From positions 2,499-66,498 of the forward strand of contig DATKXY010000046.1 of the NCBI GenBank assembly GCA_035528795.1: 64,000 bases of DNA, in the 5' to 3' direction. Origin of the DNA: an archaeon. GTDB lineage: Bacteria; Gemmatimonadota; Glassbacteria; GWA2-58-10. Within the stretch, counting starts at the first letter, position 1, and the number at the start of each line of letters is the position of its first letter. Shown in pieces: positions 9,565 to 19,752 of the stretch. The notes below the pieces were generated by a model. That model was not told the DNA's origin. It worked only from the letters and a program-made list of their open reading frames with translations, and ran no database searches. The position numbers and the translations under genes were made by a program.

Positions 9565-12440
9565 ATAGAAATACAAAGCCCCTGCTCAATCTAGTCCTCC
9601 AGACAAGCACAGAGGCTTTCCTTCTGCTTGACTCTCAGGGAACTATTCTGGGACTGAGCCGGCCGCTTGCCGAATGCCTGGGATACGCCCCGGAGGAACT
9701 CGCCGGCAAGCCTTTTCACGTGCTGGCGCCGGAAGATCTTAATCCGCCGCCCCTTGATCCGCCCCCTGAAGGCGAAAGGGAATTTACTATCTTAAACGGC
9801 TCAGGGGAAAATATTCCCACGCGCTGGCTGATTGTTTCAATGGACATCCAGGCCCAGGAAAGCGGGAAAAAATATCTGGCGGCCTATCTCAAGAAGATTG
9901 TCAGTCAGCATGAAGCAGGCTATGAACCCTATATCGATAATACACTCTGCAGCCACATTTATGACAACCTGCCGGTAGGTTTACTGGTCACCGATCTCCA
10001 GGGACGGATCGTTCTCTACAATCGAACCCAGGAGAATATAACCGGCATCTTGCGAAAGGATGCCCTGGGCGGTGTGCTGTTCAAGGATTACGCCGCTCAG
10101 GCCCCACAAGAAGCGATAGCCTCTTTTGAACAAGCTCTGCATCAAAAGGTTGAGAGCAGCGAGCACGAGTTCGACTATACCGACCGTTTCGGCAACACTC
10201 GCCGTTTTAAGACCTGTATCAGTTCGCTTCTCGGTCCTGATGACAAGATTCATGGTGTGATCCAGACCCTTGAGGATGTGAGCCGGCCCCGCCTGCTCGA
10301 ACAGGAAATAAACCGGACCAAGGACTTACTCAAGAGACTGCTTGATAGCACTCCGAACACCATTATCACCAGCGACCCCACAGGTAAAGTAACTTTTTAT
10401 AACCGCGCCGCAGATTCCCTACTTGGCCTGGACAGTCTCGAGGAGATCCGCATCGGGCAGCTTTTTATCGGTGGAGAACGGGAAGCCAAGCAAGTGATGG
10501 CGTATCTTGAGGAACGCTCTGGAACTATCGAAAACTACGAAACCTACTTTTTGGACGCGCAGGGCAACGAGGTGCCGGTAAGCCTGACCCTGTCGTTTAT
10601 CTACGATGAGGAGGCCAAGCCTGCAGGAACCGTCTCCATTGTGCGTAACCTGAGCCTGGAGAAAAAGCTGGAAAGCGAGTTCCGGAAGAATGAGCACTAT
10701 CTGGCTGTTTTCATCCAGAACAGCCCGGACGCTGTTATTACCCTCGATGAGAGCTGGCGGGTGCTGACCTGGAATCAGGGGGCTGAGAAAATTTTCGGTT
10801 ACACCTGCCAGGAAATGGTGGGGGAGAACCTGAACCGGCTGATTACCACAGATGCGCCCTCTCATGTAATAAGTGGCATGAACCATTTGCGCACTTTTCG
10901 GGATGGAGAGCTGAAACATTACATTACCGAGCTTGTAAACTCGCAAGGACAAAAGCTGGTGGTCGAGGCTACTTCCACAGTGATCAAAGAGCAGGACGGC
11001 AGGCTGACCGGCAGGCTGCTTATCTTCCGTGATGTCAGCGAGCGGGCGCGGCTTGAGAAGAGCCTGCAGGAGCACATCTCCGACCTTTACGTAATCAATG
11101 AAATCAGCGAGGCGCTTCTTACCCCCATGGACCTGAATGAAATCCTGGGGATCATTCTTATCGGAGTTACCGCTGCCCAGGGACTGGGGTTCAACCGGGC
11201 ATTCCTGTTGTTGTACGACCACCAGGAGGAAGCTCTGATGGGTAAACTCGCTATCGGGCCTTCCAACGCGGAAGAGGCCGGTATTATCTGGACCGAACTC
11301 AACCGGAAACATCAGACTCTCAGTGACCTTCTCCAGGCTTACAAACACAGTATCCGCGACCAGAATATCTATGTCAATGAAATCGTCTCCAAAATCAAAA
11401 TCCCGCTCTCTGAGGCGGATAATCCTCTGGTACGCTGTTTCAGAGAGAAAAGATCGCTCAATGTGGCCAGTGGAGTTGCTGCCGGCCAGTTCCCCCGGTC
11501 CCTGGCCGAGCTTTTAGGCACGGAGACCATGGCCATTATGCCCATGGTCTGCGAAGACAGGAGTGTGGGTCTGCTCCTGGCTGACAATCTGATCAACCGC
11601 AAACCCATCGAGGATGAATCGATCCGCAAGCTCAGGGTTTTCGCCAACCTGGCCAGCCAGACTATCGAGAGAAGCCGCCTGTATCTGAGCCTGGAAGAAA
11701 AGATCGACGATCTGGACAAGGCTTACCAGGAGCTAAAGGAAAGCCGGGATAAGCTGGTTCGGGCCGAAAGGCTTTCTGCAGTGGGCGAGGTTGCCGCCCA
11801 TGTGGCCCATGAAATTAGAAACCCTCTGGTTTGTATCGGTGGATTCGCCCGCTCTCTGTTCAAGGAGCTCAAAGAAAAAGACCCAATAAGAAACAAAGTG
11901 CAGATTATCCTTGATGAAGTCGAGCGGCTGGAGCGCTACCTAAAGGACACATTGACTTTCATCCGGCCTTATGTGCCGGAATTTCACCCGACCGATCCCA
12001 CTGTTCTGGTGCATGAGACTTTCCAGATGTTGGACAGTGAAATCGATGGAAGCAAAGTGGAAATCGATCTGGCCTTGATGGAAAACCCGCCGCAGATAGA
12101 GATTGATCCGGACCAGATCCGGCAGGTGCTGTTGAATATTTTCCGCAATGCGCTTGAAGCCATGCCGGGTGGTGGGCGGCTGACTGTGTCCTCGAATTCC
12201 AAAAACGGCTTTTTCACTATCAGCGTGGCAGACACCGGAATGGGCATCGATAAACAGAACATGGAAAACCTTTTTACCGCCTTTTTTACTACCAAAACTA
12301 CGGGAAGCGGACTTGGTCTCACTATCTCGAGCCAGATTATCAATAACCACGGAGGCACAATCGGTTTATCGAGCGAACGAGGCGTAGGAACCGTTTTCCA
12401 TATCACCCTTCCGATCAAACAGGCCGCTGCCAAGGAGTAA
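9552..12440 (+). CDS. multi-PAS/GAF sensor histidine kinase
   Basis: 962 aa; repeated PAS-like modules, GAF-like region, H-box AHVAHEIRNPL, N/G boxes (NIFRNALEAM, DTGMGID, GSGLGLTIS). Confidence 0.85.
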   Translation: MATVNRNTKPLLNLVLQTSTEAFLLLDSQGTILGLSRPLAECLGYAPEELAGKPFHVLAPEDLNPPPLDPPPEGEREFTILNGSGENIPTRWLIVSMDIQAQESGKKYLAAYLKKIVSQHEAGYEPYIDNTLCSHIYDNLPVGLLVTDLQGRIVLYNRTQENITGILRKDALGGVLFKDYAAQAPQEAIASFEQALHQKVESSEHEFDYTDRFGNTRRFKTCISSLLGPDDKIHGVIQTLEDVSRPRLLEQEINRTKDLLKRLLDSTPNTIITSDPTGKVTFYNRAADSLLGLDSLEEIRIGQLFIGGEREAKQVMAYLEERSGTIENYETYFLDAQGNEVPVSLTLSFIYDEEAKPAGTVSIVRNLSLEKKLESEFRKNEHYLAVFIQNSPDAVITLDESWRVLTWNQGAEKIFGYTCQEMVGENLNRLITTDAPSHVISGMNHLRTFRDGELKHYITELVNSQGQKLVVEATSTVIKEQDGRLTGRLLIFRDVSERARLEKSLQEHISDLYVINEISEALLTPMDLNEILGIILIGVTAAQGLGFNRAFLLLYDHQEEALMGKLAIGPSNAEEAGIIWTELNRKHQTLSDLLQAYKHSIRDQNIYVNEIVSKIKIPLSEADNPLVRCFREKRSLNVASGVAAGQFPRSLAELLGTETMAIMPMVCEDRSVGLLLADNLINRKPIEDESIRKLRVFANLASQTIERSRLYLSLEEKIDDLDKAYQELKESRDKLVRAERLSAVGEVAAHVAHEIRNPLVCIGGFARSLFKELKEKDPIRNKVQIILDEVERLERYLKDTLTFIRPYVPEFHPTDPTVLVHETFQMLDSEIDGSKVEIDLALMENPPQIEIDPDQIRQVLLNIFRNALEAMPGGGRLTVSSNSKNGFFTISVADTGMGIDKQNMENLFTAFFTTKTTGSGLGLTISSQIINNHGGTIGLSSERGVGTVFHITLPIKQAAAKE

Positions 12441-12443
12441 AAA

Positions 12444-12812
12444 ATGAAAAGACTTTTAATAGTTGACGATGAGAACAACCTTCGCCTGCTTTACAAAACG
12501 GAGTTCGAGGCTGAGGGTTACCATGTGGATACAGCGGGCGATGCCAAGGAAGCCTTGAGCATGTTTGAGCGCGAGCATTACGACCTGGTTATCCTGGATA
12601 TCAAGATGCCCGGCATGGACGGCATAGAGGCGCTGGGTAAATTCCTGGGACGCGACAATAAGCTTCCGGTGATTATCAACAGCGCTTATGACAGCTATAA
12701 GGACAATTTCATGAGCTGGGCCGCTGACAGCTATGTGATTAAAAACTCGGACCTTACCGAGCTCAAACAGAAAGTCAAAGAAAGTCTCGGTGAAAGCATG
12801 TACGAGTTTTAA
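12444..12812 (+). CDS. single-domain response regulator (CheY-like receiver)
   Basis: 122 aa; LLIVDDE...DLVILDIKMPGMDG receiver signature; 4 nt after kinase stop. Confidence 0.85.
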   Translation: MKRLLIVDDENNLRLLYKTEFEAEGYHVDTAGDAKEALSMFEREHYDLVILDIKMPGMDGIEALGKFLGRDNKLPVIINSAYDSYKDNFMSWAADSYVIKNSDLTELKQKVKESLGESMYEF

Positions 12813-12852
12813 TCTCTTTTGATACCTGTCCGGGATTCACCGAGGAAAGGTT

Positions 12853-14112
12853 TTGCTCATGGATCAAATCCGCTTGGAACACAACATCTTCAGAAATCTT
12901 TTGACCGTTATTCTGGCCGGCGGGAGAGGTGAGCGGCTTTATCCACTGACTAAAAGCCGCTCCAAACCTGCAGTGCCTTTCGGCGGGATCTACCGCATAA
13001 TCGATTTTACCCTTTCCAACTGTCTTAACAGCGGACTGCGTAGAATAAAGGTGCTGAGCCAGTACATGAGCCATTCCCTGGATCGCCACCTCAAGGAGGG
13101 CTGGAGCATTTTTTGCCGCGACCTAGATGAGTATATCGACTCTGTTCCGCCCCAGCAGCAGTTCCAGGAGACCTGGTACAAGGGCACGGCGGATGCGATC
13201 TTCCAGAATATCTACCTGCTCGAGCTGATCCACCCTGGGTACGTGTTAATTCTTTCCGGTGACCATATTTACAAGATGAATTACGCCGAGATGATCAATT
13301 ACCATCTGGAAAAAAATGCCGAGCTGACTGTGGCTGCGGTCGAGGTGGAAAGCCGGCTTGCTGCCGGCATGCTCGGGGTGCTCCAGGTGGACACCCACGG
13401 GAGGATTATGGATTTCGAGGAAAAGCCCGCTACACCCAAACCCAGTCCATACCGCTCGAAATATGCCCTGGTCAACATGGGGATTTACGTTTTCAACACC
13501 GAGGTTCTCGTGCGCAATGTAGTGGCCGATGCCAAGCAGGACACAACCCATGACTTCGGCAGGGATGTGATCCCGGCGATGATCCCCAAAAACCGCTGCT
13601 ACGCTTTCAATTTTGTCGATGAGTCAGGCGGAAATATCCTCTACTGGCGCGATATCGGCACAATCGAAAACTACTATCAGGCGAACATGGATCTCTTAAA
13701 GCCCACTCCTCGATTCAACCTCTATGACCCTGACTGGCCGGTCCGCACCTATGTGGGCCAGTATCCTCCGGCCAAGCTGATCCGCACCGAGCCCTCAACC
13801 GACGGCCGCAAAAAGCTGGGCCGGGCCAGGAACTCGATCATTTCACCAGGATGCATTATCGATGGGGCCAATGTTATCAACTCAGTGATTTCACCCGGAG
13901 TTTACGTGGGTCCCGACGCAGTTGTCGAAGACTCGATTATCATGCACGGCACCCATATCGGAGCCGGCTGCCGTGTGCGCTGCGCGGTGATCGACAAGAA
14001 TGTCCGCATCTCGCCCAAACGTACCGTGGGCCACAACCACGATGAGGACATACGCTTTTTCGAGCTCAGCGAATCAGGGCTGGTGCTGATTCCCAAGGAA
14101 TTCAGCTTCTGA
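12853..14112 (+). CDS. glgC: glucose-1-phosphate adenylyltransferase
   Basis: ILAGGRGERLYPLTKSRSKPAVPFGGIYRIIDFTLSNCLNSG N-terminal signature and left-handed beta-helix C-domain. Confidence 0.9.
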   Translation: MLMDQIRLEHNIFRNLLTVILAGGRGERLYPLTKSRSKPAVPFGGIYRIIDFTLSNCLNSGLRRIKVLSQYMSHSLDRHLKEGWSIFCRDLDEYIDSVPPQQQFQETWYKGTADAIFQNIYLLELIHPGYVLILSGDHIYKMNYAEMINYHLEKNAELTVAAVEVESRLAAGMLGVLQVDTHGRIMDFEEKPATPKPSPYRSKYALVNMGIYVFNTEVLVRNVVADAKQDTTHDFGRDVIPAMIPKNRCYAFNFVDESGGNILYWRDIGTIENYYQANMDLLKPTPRFNLYDPDWPVRTYVGQYPPAKLIRTEPSTDGRKKLGRARNSIISPGCIIDGANVINSVISPGVYVGPDAVVEDSIIMHGTHIGAGCRVRCAVIDKNVRISPKRTVGHNHDEDIRFFELSESGLVLIPKEFSF

Positions 14113-14265
14113 ACGATCACCCGCACTCCTGCATTAATCAAACAATCTCTAATAAAAACAACTGGCAGCAGATACCTGAGAAGACCCAAACCGGAGAAAC
14201 TGCGCACGATTATCAGGCAGGCGGTCACTTAAGAAGGTTATCTTAATTGTTACACACTTTTATCT

Positions 14266-16176
14266 GTGGATAGCACCATGTCTTTTATCAAAGTGGAAGG
14301 CAGCTACTTTTCCAAAGACAGGAAACCTTTTATTCCAGTGGGGATCAACTATCTGCCCCACTACAGGTGCGGCAACTGGTTCGAGGACTGGCGCGAGGGA
14401 GAAATCCTCAAGGACCTCGATAAAATGGCCGACCTGGGCCTGAACGCCGTGCGGATTCCGGTCTTCTGGTCTTACTTCGAGCCCCGGCCCGGAGAGTACA
14501 ACGGAGAATGTATCCTGAAATACAGGATCTTTATCGGCTGGTGCCGCGAGCGCGGGATTTATGTGATGCCTTTTTTCCTGGTGGGTATCTGCACCGGTTT
14601 CTTCCGGCCACCTTACTCTTTCGGTGAGTCGATGTACGAGGGGCCGATGCTCGGCCTGGAAAAAGCCCACCTCAAGGAGTTCGCCCGCCACTTCGCCAGC
14701 GATGAGCAGATCTTTCTCTGGGACCTTTCGGATGAGCCCTACTATGTGGAATTCGTGCCCGGCCACGACCATCCCCATTCCTATGGCTACCGGAAAAAGA
14801 GCAGGACCGAGGTGGCTGTGAACTGGGTCCGCGAGCTTGCCGGAGCCCTTCGCGAGGTGGACCCGAACCACCTGGTGACTGTGGGGCTGGACAACTCATC
14901 GGTTTGCCTTTACACCGGTTTCGATACAGAGGAGATCGCCCCGCACCTCGATGTTATCAGCCACTGCCTCTATGTTTGCCCGAGCGGAGAGGAAACCGCA
15001 GCCAACCTGTATGCGGCTTTCACCACCCGCCTCTACGATGTGGGAAAACCAGTCTTCCTGCACGAGGGGCCCGGTATTTCGCAGAGCGTGGGTGATAAGG
15101 CTCTCCTCGAGGGGCGCTACCGTGCGGCGATCTATGGTTCCGTGGCCGCGGGCAACTGCGGCGTAATGCCCTGGTGTTTCACTGATTACGACATGGATAT
15201 CCGTTCTCTCTGGCCCTTGAACGACCAGCCCCACGAGGCTGTATTCGGCATTCTCGAGCCCGACCGCAGGGAAAAACCTCAGGCAAAGGTCCTGAGGGAG
15301 TTCGGAAAGTTCGCCGCCCGGTTTGATTGGAGGCACTACCGTCGCAAAAAGAGCGAGGCGGTGCTAATTTATCCCGAACGTTTTTATCAAAAGGTCAAGC
15401 GTGATGGCCTCTACGGCCGTCTTTTTTTCAACTACCTCTGCTTTGCCGGGGCTGGAGCGAGTTGCGACCTGGTGCGCGAGGATGCGGCCTGGGAGGAATT
15501 CGGCCTGGCGGTTTTTCCGCTGCCCGAGCTCTTAACTGCCGGAACCTGGGCCCGTGCCCGACGCTACTGCGAGGAGGGGGGACGTCTGGTGGTCTCAGGG
15601 CACAAAGTCATGCTCCCTGAGAAGGCTTCATTTCTGGGTGCGGAAATTATGGGCTGTGTGAAGCTTGCATGTGAAGATCCCCTTCTATTTGAAACCACAG
15701 GGGAAACTCTCGATCTGCAGCTTCCTGAAGGTGAGATCCCCCTTCTGAATCCTCAGGGGGCCGCGGTTCTGATAAGGTCTGGAAATCTGCCGCTGGCCTT
15801 CTCCCATCCATTCGGCCGGGGAGAGGTTGTCTGGTCGGCCCTTGACCTGGGGGCGCTCTTGAGAGAAGTCAATCTAGAATCAAGCGCGGCGGGAGCTGTC
15901 CTCAAGTTCGTGCGGGGATTAATCGCGGACAACAAGGATTCAAAGCTTATCCGCTCCCTCACGGACTGGATCGAAATCCACCAGTGGGACCACCGGGAGG
16001 CCGTGGAAGCGCTCTTTTTCATCCTCAATCCCCGTCCGGTTGAGGTCAAGCCGGCTTTTGAGATAAATTCGGTTGTAAAAGAAGTCCGCTCTTACGATAA
16101 AGGCAAGTCCCTGAACCTCGGTGCGACAGTACTCAGGCCACACGAGGTTTTGATCGTTAAAGCGAAATTGAAATGA
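14266..16176 (+). CDS. glycoside hydrolase, TIM-barrel (GH5/GH42-like) with C-terminal domain
   Basis: 636 aa; GINYLPHY...LNAVRIPVFWSYFEP pattern of clan GH-A hydrolases; start could be ATG 14278 instead of GTG 14266. Confidence 0.5.
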   Translation: MDSTMSFIKVEGSYFSKDRKPFIPVGINYLPHYRCGNWFEDWREGEILKDLDKMADLGLNAVRIPVFWSYFEPRPGEYNGECILKYRIFIGWCRERGIYVMPFFLVGICTGFFRPPYSFGESMYEGPMLGLEKAHLKEFARHFASDEQIFLWDLSDEPYYVEFVPGHDHPHSYGYRKKSRTEVAVNWVRELAGALREVDPNHLVTVGLDNSSVCLYTGFDTEEIAPHLDVISHCLYVCPSGEETAANLYAAFTTRLYDVGKPVFLHEGPGISQSVGDKALLEGRYRAAIYGSVAAGNCGVMPWCFTDYDMDIRSLWPLNDQPHEAVFGILEPDRREKPQAKVLREFGKFAARFDWRHYRRKKSEAVLIYPERFYQKVKRDGLYGRLFFNYLCFAGAGASCDLVREDAAWEEFGLAVFPLPELLTAGTWARARRYCEEGGRLVVSGHKVMLPEKASFLGAEIMGCVKLACEDPLLFETTGETLDLQLPEGEIPLLNPQGAAVLIRSGNLPLAFSHPFGRGEVVWSALDLGALLREVNLESSAAGAVLKFVRGLIADNKDSKLIRSLTDWIEIHQWDHREAVEALFFILNPRPVEVKPAFEINSVVKEVRSYDKGKSLNLGATVLRPHEVLIVKAKLK

Positions 16177-16220
16177 GCCTGTCGGAAAGGACCGGAGGTG
16201 GGCAAATACAAGCAGCGCTC

Positions 16221-16445
16221 TCAGTGTTCTTTTAAGCAGGGCAGACTTTTTTCAGTCTCCTGGTCTCCAGCTTCACATCTTGACCCGGTTGAACCCCGCT
16301 CCCTGTCCCGCAGCAGCGAGGTAATCGCGCATTCACCCTCCCTGGCGCAGCAGGTCCGGGCTCCTGAGGCGGTCTGACTGAAGGAGCGGAATACGAGAAA
16401 TCCTGCAAAAGCCACAATAACTGCGATGATCATATACTCAAGCAT
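16221..16445 (-). CDS. FeoB-associated Cys-rich membrane peptide
   Basis: 74 aa, N-terminal TM helix then Cys-rich tail (CCAREGECA); 1 nt downstream of feoB. Confidence 0.55.
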   Translation of the reverse strand: MLEYMIIAVIVAFAGFLVFRSFSQTASGARTCCAREGECAITSLLRDRERGSTGSRCEAGDQETEKSLPCLKEH

Positions 16446-16446
16446 C

Positions 16447-18954
16447 CTAACCCACTCCTATTCCGAGAAAGCTTCCCAGCTGGTAGACAATTAAAGAAAC
16501 GAGATAGGCCATTGCAGTGAGTCCTCCCCACTGTAAAAAGGCCCAGCCCCAAGAGCCGGATTCCTTGCGGGTGATCGCCAGTGTGGCTACACAGGGGGTC
16601 CCGATCAAAAGAAAAAGTATAACGCAGATCCCGACAAGCGGTGAATAGTCACCGCGTATCTCTTCCCTCAGTGAATGCTTGCCCTGTTCACTTTCTTCAA
16701 CAGCGTAGATAATTCCCATCTGGGCTACGAATAACTCTTTCGCGGCCATTCCGCCGATCAGTGCGGTCGAAATCTTCCAGTCGAAGCCCAGGGGCTTAAG
16801 CACGTGATCCAGGGCCCGTCCCAGCCTTCCGGCGATCGAGTAATTAAGCTGCTCGTTGCGTTTGAGCCTCTCAATCTGGTCCAGGCTCTCATAAAAAGGA
16901 TATTTCACCTCTTCCAGATAATAAGAAGCAGCTTTAGTGAGCTCTTCGCTGCCTTGTAAACCCTTTCCGGCTCCATCTTTGAGGTTTTCCGTGTTGGCGG
17001 CAGGTTCTGTTTTGCGGTTTTTCTCCAGTCCATCCGCCGCTCGTAAGAATTCTGCAATCAAAATCGCTTCCTGCCTGTGGCCGGACTCGTAAGCCGGCCA
17101 CGGGGAGCCTGCTTCATCCTTTCGGCCTGCAAGGCAAACACCCAACATTTCTCTTCCCTCCGGGGAAAGGCTGAGGCGGGCGGCAAGCTGATCCAACCCG
17201 CTTTCGAATGCTTGAGTCGCCTCGAGGCTTGCGGCAGCATAGTTTTTTTCGAACTCCTTTTTAGGGGGAAAAGCGGCGATTACCCAGAGGATGATCGAAG
17301 CTCCGAAAATAACGGTTCCGGCTTTTCTCAAATATTGCCGGCTCGGATCCCACATGTGAACCAGTACACTTATAGCAGTGGGAATGCGGTAAGGCGGAAG
17401 TTCCATTACAAAGGGAACTGATTCCCCTCTAAGGACCGTTTTACCGAGCAGCCGCGCGGAAACCACGGCCAACAAGACCCCGATCACATAGATCATCCAG
17501 AGCACCGGTGCCTGCCAGCTCGAGACAAAGAAGGCAGGTATAATCAGCGCGTAGATCGGGAACCGTCCCCCGCAGCTCATCAACGGAATGATCAGCATAG
17601 TAATCAGGCGGTCGCGGCGATTATCCAAAGTTCTGGTGGCTAAAATCGCCGGCACCGAACAGCCGAATCCGATCAGGAGAGGGATAAAGCTTTTGCCGTG
17701 CAGGCCGATCTTGTGCATCAGCCTGTCCATAATAAAAGCGGCCCGGGCCATATACCCGGTATCTTCAAGCAGGGCGATGCCTAAAAACAAGAACATAATA
17801 TTGGGTAAAAAAACTACTACGCCTCCCACACCGCCGATAATCCCGTTCACCAGGAGCGATTTGAGCGGACTGTGTGCCCCAACCGGCCAGAAGGATGAAA
17901 TAAGAACAGCCAGCCTGCCGAAAAGGTACTCGATCACCCGCTGGGGCCCCTCGCCCAAAGTGAAAGTCAGGTAAAACACTCCATACATCAGTAAAAGCAG
18001 AATCGGGATCCCGAAAGTATCACTCATAATTATATCGTCGATTCTATCCGAGATCTTATGCCGGGTCTCGACCGTGATTCTCACCGCCTCCTGGCAGGCT
18101 CCGGAGATAAATCCGTAGCGGCGCTCGGCCATTATGATTTCGAGCCGCTCTCCCAGAAGGCTCTCCAGGCGGCGTGAGGCTTCCCCAGCCGCTGAGCGGA
18201 TTTTTTCATCCCCGATTTTCTCGACAATTTCCCGGTCGTTCTCCAGAAGTTTGATTGCCAGCCAGCGGGAATTGTACCGGCCTGTGAATTTGCCCTCCTC
18301 CTGGACCAATTGGGTCAGGCTTTCAAGCTCAGCCTCGATATCCCGGCCGTAGTTTATAGTGATACGTTCCCGCTTCCTGGTATTCTGAGCCAGGTCTATT
18401 GATTGAGAGAGAAGCTCCTGCATTCCTATACGCTTATTGCCGACGGTCGGCACTATAGGCACCCCGATAAGCTCTGAAAGTTTCTTGAGATCAAACTCGA
18501 AGCCTCTGTTTTTGGCTTCATCGCTCATGTTGAGCGCCAGCACCAGTGGAACCTCCAGCTCCATGAACTGGGTCGCCAGATACAGGCTGCGCTCCAGGTT
18601 GTTGGCATCAATTACATCCACCATCACATCAGGCTTTTCCTCAATGATGTATCTCCGGGCGACCAGCTCCTCTTCAGTATAAGGGGTGAGGCTGTAGGTT
18701 CCCGGTAAATCGACAACCAGTGCCCGTACGCCGCCAATAATAACCTCCCCTTCCTCTTTCTGAACCGTAACTCCCGGATAGTTACCCACTCGTCTCCGTA
18801 AACCGGTGAAATTATTGAATATCGTGGTCTTACCAGAGTTCGGATTACCGGCCAGAGCGATCTTGATTAGCGCCGGTTTCTTTTCGGTCTTTGGAGAATG
18901 CAAAAACTGCCAACCTTTCTGAAGGTAACTCTCAGGCTCCAACTGAGGAGGCAA
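16447..18954 (-). CDS. feoB: ferrous iron transporter FeoB (long form)
   Basis: G-domain IALAGNPNSGKTT / DLPGTYSL, followed by polytopic membrane domain; 835 aa. Confidence 0.9.
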   Translation of the reverse strand: MPPQLEPESYLQKGWQFLHSPKTEKKPALIKIALAGNPNSGKTTIFNNFTGLRRRVGNYPGVTVQKEEGEVIIGGVRALVVDLPGTYSLTPYTEEELVARRYIIEEKPDVMVDVIDANNLERSLYLATQFMELEVPLVLALNMSDEAKNRGFEFDLKKLSELIGVPIVPTVGNKRIGMQELLSQSIDLAQNTRKRERITINYGRDIEAELESLTQLVQEEGKFTGRYNSRWLAIKLLENDREIVEKIGDEKIRSAAGEASRRLESLLGERLEIIMAERRYGFISGACQEAVRITVETRHKISDRIDDIIMSDTFGIPILLLLMYGVFYLTFTLGEGPQRVIEYLFGRLAVLISSFWPVGAHSPLKSLLVNGIIGGVGGVVVFLPNIMFLFLGIALLEDTGYMARAAFIMDRLMHKIGLHGKSFIPLLIGFGCSVPAILATRTLDNRRDRLITMLIIPLMSCGGRFPIYALIIPAFFVSSWQAPVLWMIYVIGVLLAVVSARLLGKTVLRGESVPFVMELPPYRIPTAISVLVHMWDPSRQYLRKAGTVIFGASIILWVIAAFPPKKEFEKNYAAASLEATQAFESGLDQLAARLSLSPEGREMLGVCLAGRKDEAGSPWPAYESGHRQEAILIAEFLRAADGLEKNRKTEPAANTENLKDGAGKGLQGSEELTKAASYYLEEVKYPFYESLDQIERLKRNEQLNYSIAGRLGRALDHVLKPLGFDWKISTALIGGMAAKELFVAQMGIIYAVEESEQGKHSLREEIRGDYSPLVGICVILFLLIGTPCVATLAITRKESGSWGWAFLQWGGLTAMAYLVSLIVYQLGSFLGIGVG

Positions 18955-19189
18955 CCATTATTTTGTGCGCCATGCCCCGGCCCAATACCAGCCGGCTGCC
19001 CTTGACCGAAACGATCACCGGCCCGTTCCCCTTGTTTTTGACCACATCGATCGGCGTTCCCTGGAACAATCCCATGGAGACCAGCCGGGACTGAAGGAAA
19101 TCGCCTCCGGTAATGGAAACGAGCCGGACATTTTCCCCGGGCTTGATCAGGCTTAAAGGCTTCACTTCATCTGAGCTGAATTTGAACAT
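18932..19189 (-). CDS. feoA: ferrous iron transport protein FeoA
   Basis: SH3-like FeoA (LSLIKPGENVRLVSITGG...RLVSMGLFQGTPIDVV); ATG at 19187-19189 chosen to avoid overlap with dtxR-like gene; overlaps feoB start. Confidence 0.75.
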   Translation of the reverse strand: MFKFSSDEVKPLSLIKPGENVRLVSITGGDFLQSRLVSMGLFQGTPIDVVKNKGNGPVIVSVKGSRLVLGRGMAHKIMVASSVGA

Positions 19190-19217
19190 ATCCTCTCGAC
19201 AATCTTGAATTAAATGT

Positions 19218-19685
19218 TCATAAATCGTGGGATTCCCTGTCACCAGCCCACTGTGATCTGAATTCTTCTACCAGCTTTCTTTTTTCATCGTCAGTATCTT
19301 GTGTCATATATTCCACAAACTCGATCAAGCGCTCGAAAATCCCAAGCGGAATGGAATGCTCCATCCCGCAGGCTGCTTTTTCAGCTAACTCCTCTTCCAC
19401 ATCCAGAACATCCATAAAGAACTTACGCAGCAACTGGTGCCTTTTCACCACCTCTCTGGCCAGGGTCTTCCCCTTGTCTGTAAGAGTGATCAAATCGTAA
19501 GGGGCGTAATTGATAAGCTTGCGCTTTGCCAAAGCCTGGAGCGCCCCTGTCACCGAGGAACCCTTGACATCCATCTGCTCGGCGATATCCTTGGCCCTAG
19601 CCGCCTGCTTCCGGGTTTCGATGTGGTAAATCGATTCTAAATAGTCCTCAAGACTGGCACTCAATTTTTTCTGGCTTTTATCCAT
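19218..19685 (-). CDS. DtxR/MntR-family metal-dependent transcriptional regulator
   Basis: 155 aa; N-terminal wHTH (EDYLESIYHIE...AKDIAEQMDVKGSSVT) and metal-binding/dimerisation core typical of DtxR family. Confidence 0.8.
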   Translation of the reverse strand: MDKSQKKLSASLEDYLESIYHIETRKQAARAKDIAEQMDVKGSSVTGALQALAKRKLINYAPYDLITLTDKGKTLAREVVKRHQLLRKFFMDVLDVEEELAEKAACGMEHSIPLGIFERLIEFVEYMTQDTDDEKRKLVEEFRSQWAGDRESHDL

Positions 19686-19738
19686 TCCGCCCGACTATTC
19701 GGTAAAATGAAAGAATCCAGAATTACGGAAACTGCAAA

Positions 19739-19752
19739 ATTAGGCTTCCCTA
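19739..19752. promoter_or_regulatory. interrupted palindrome TTAGGcttcCCTAA, candidate metalloregulator operator upstream of dtxR-feo operon
   Basis: TTAGG/CCTAA half-sites resemble DtxR/IdeR box half-sites, though spacing differs from the 19-bp consensus; TATAAT at 19793-19798 nearby. Confidence 0.25.

Noticed and set aside
10419-11348. 309-aa minus-strand ORF inside the histidine kinase gene
   Set aside because: It is fully nested antisense to the PAS/GAF kinase, with no motifs. It is a GC-driven spurious ORF.
19739-19752. Calling the TTAGGcttcCCTAA palindrome a bona fide DtxR box
   Set aside because: Half-sites match but the spacing is much shorter than the 19-bp DtxR/IdeR consensus. It is kept only as a low-confidence candidate operator.
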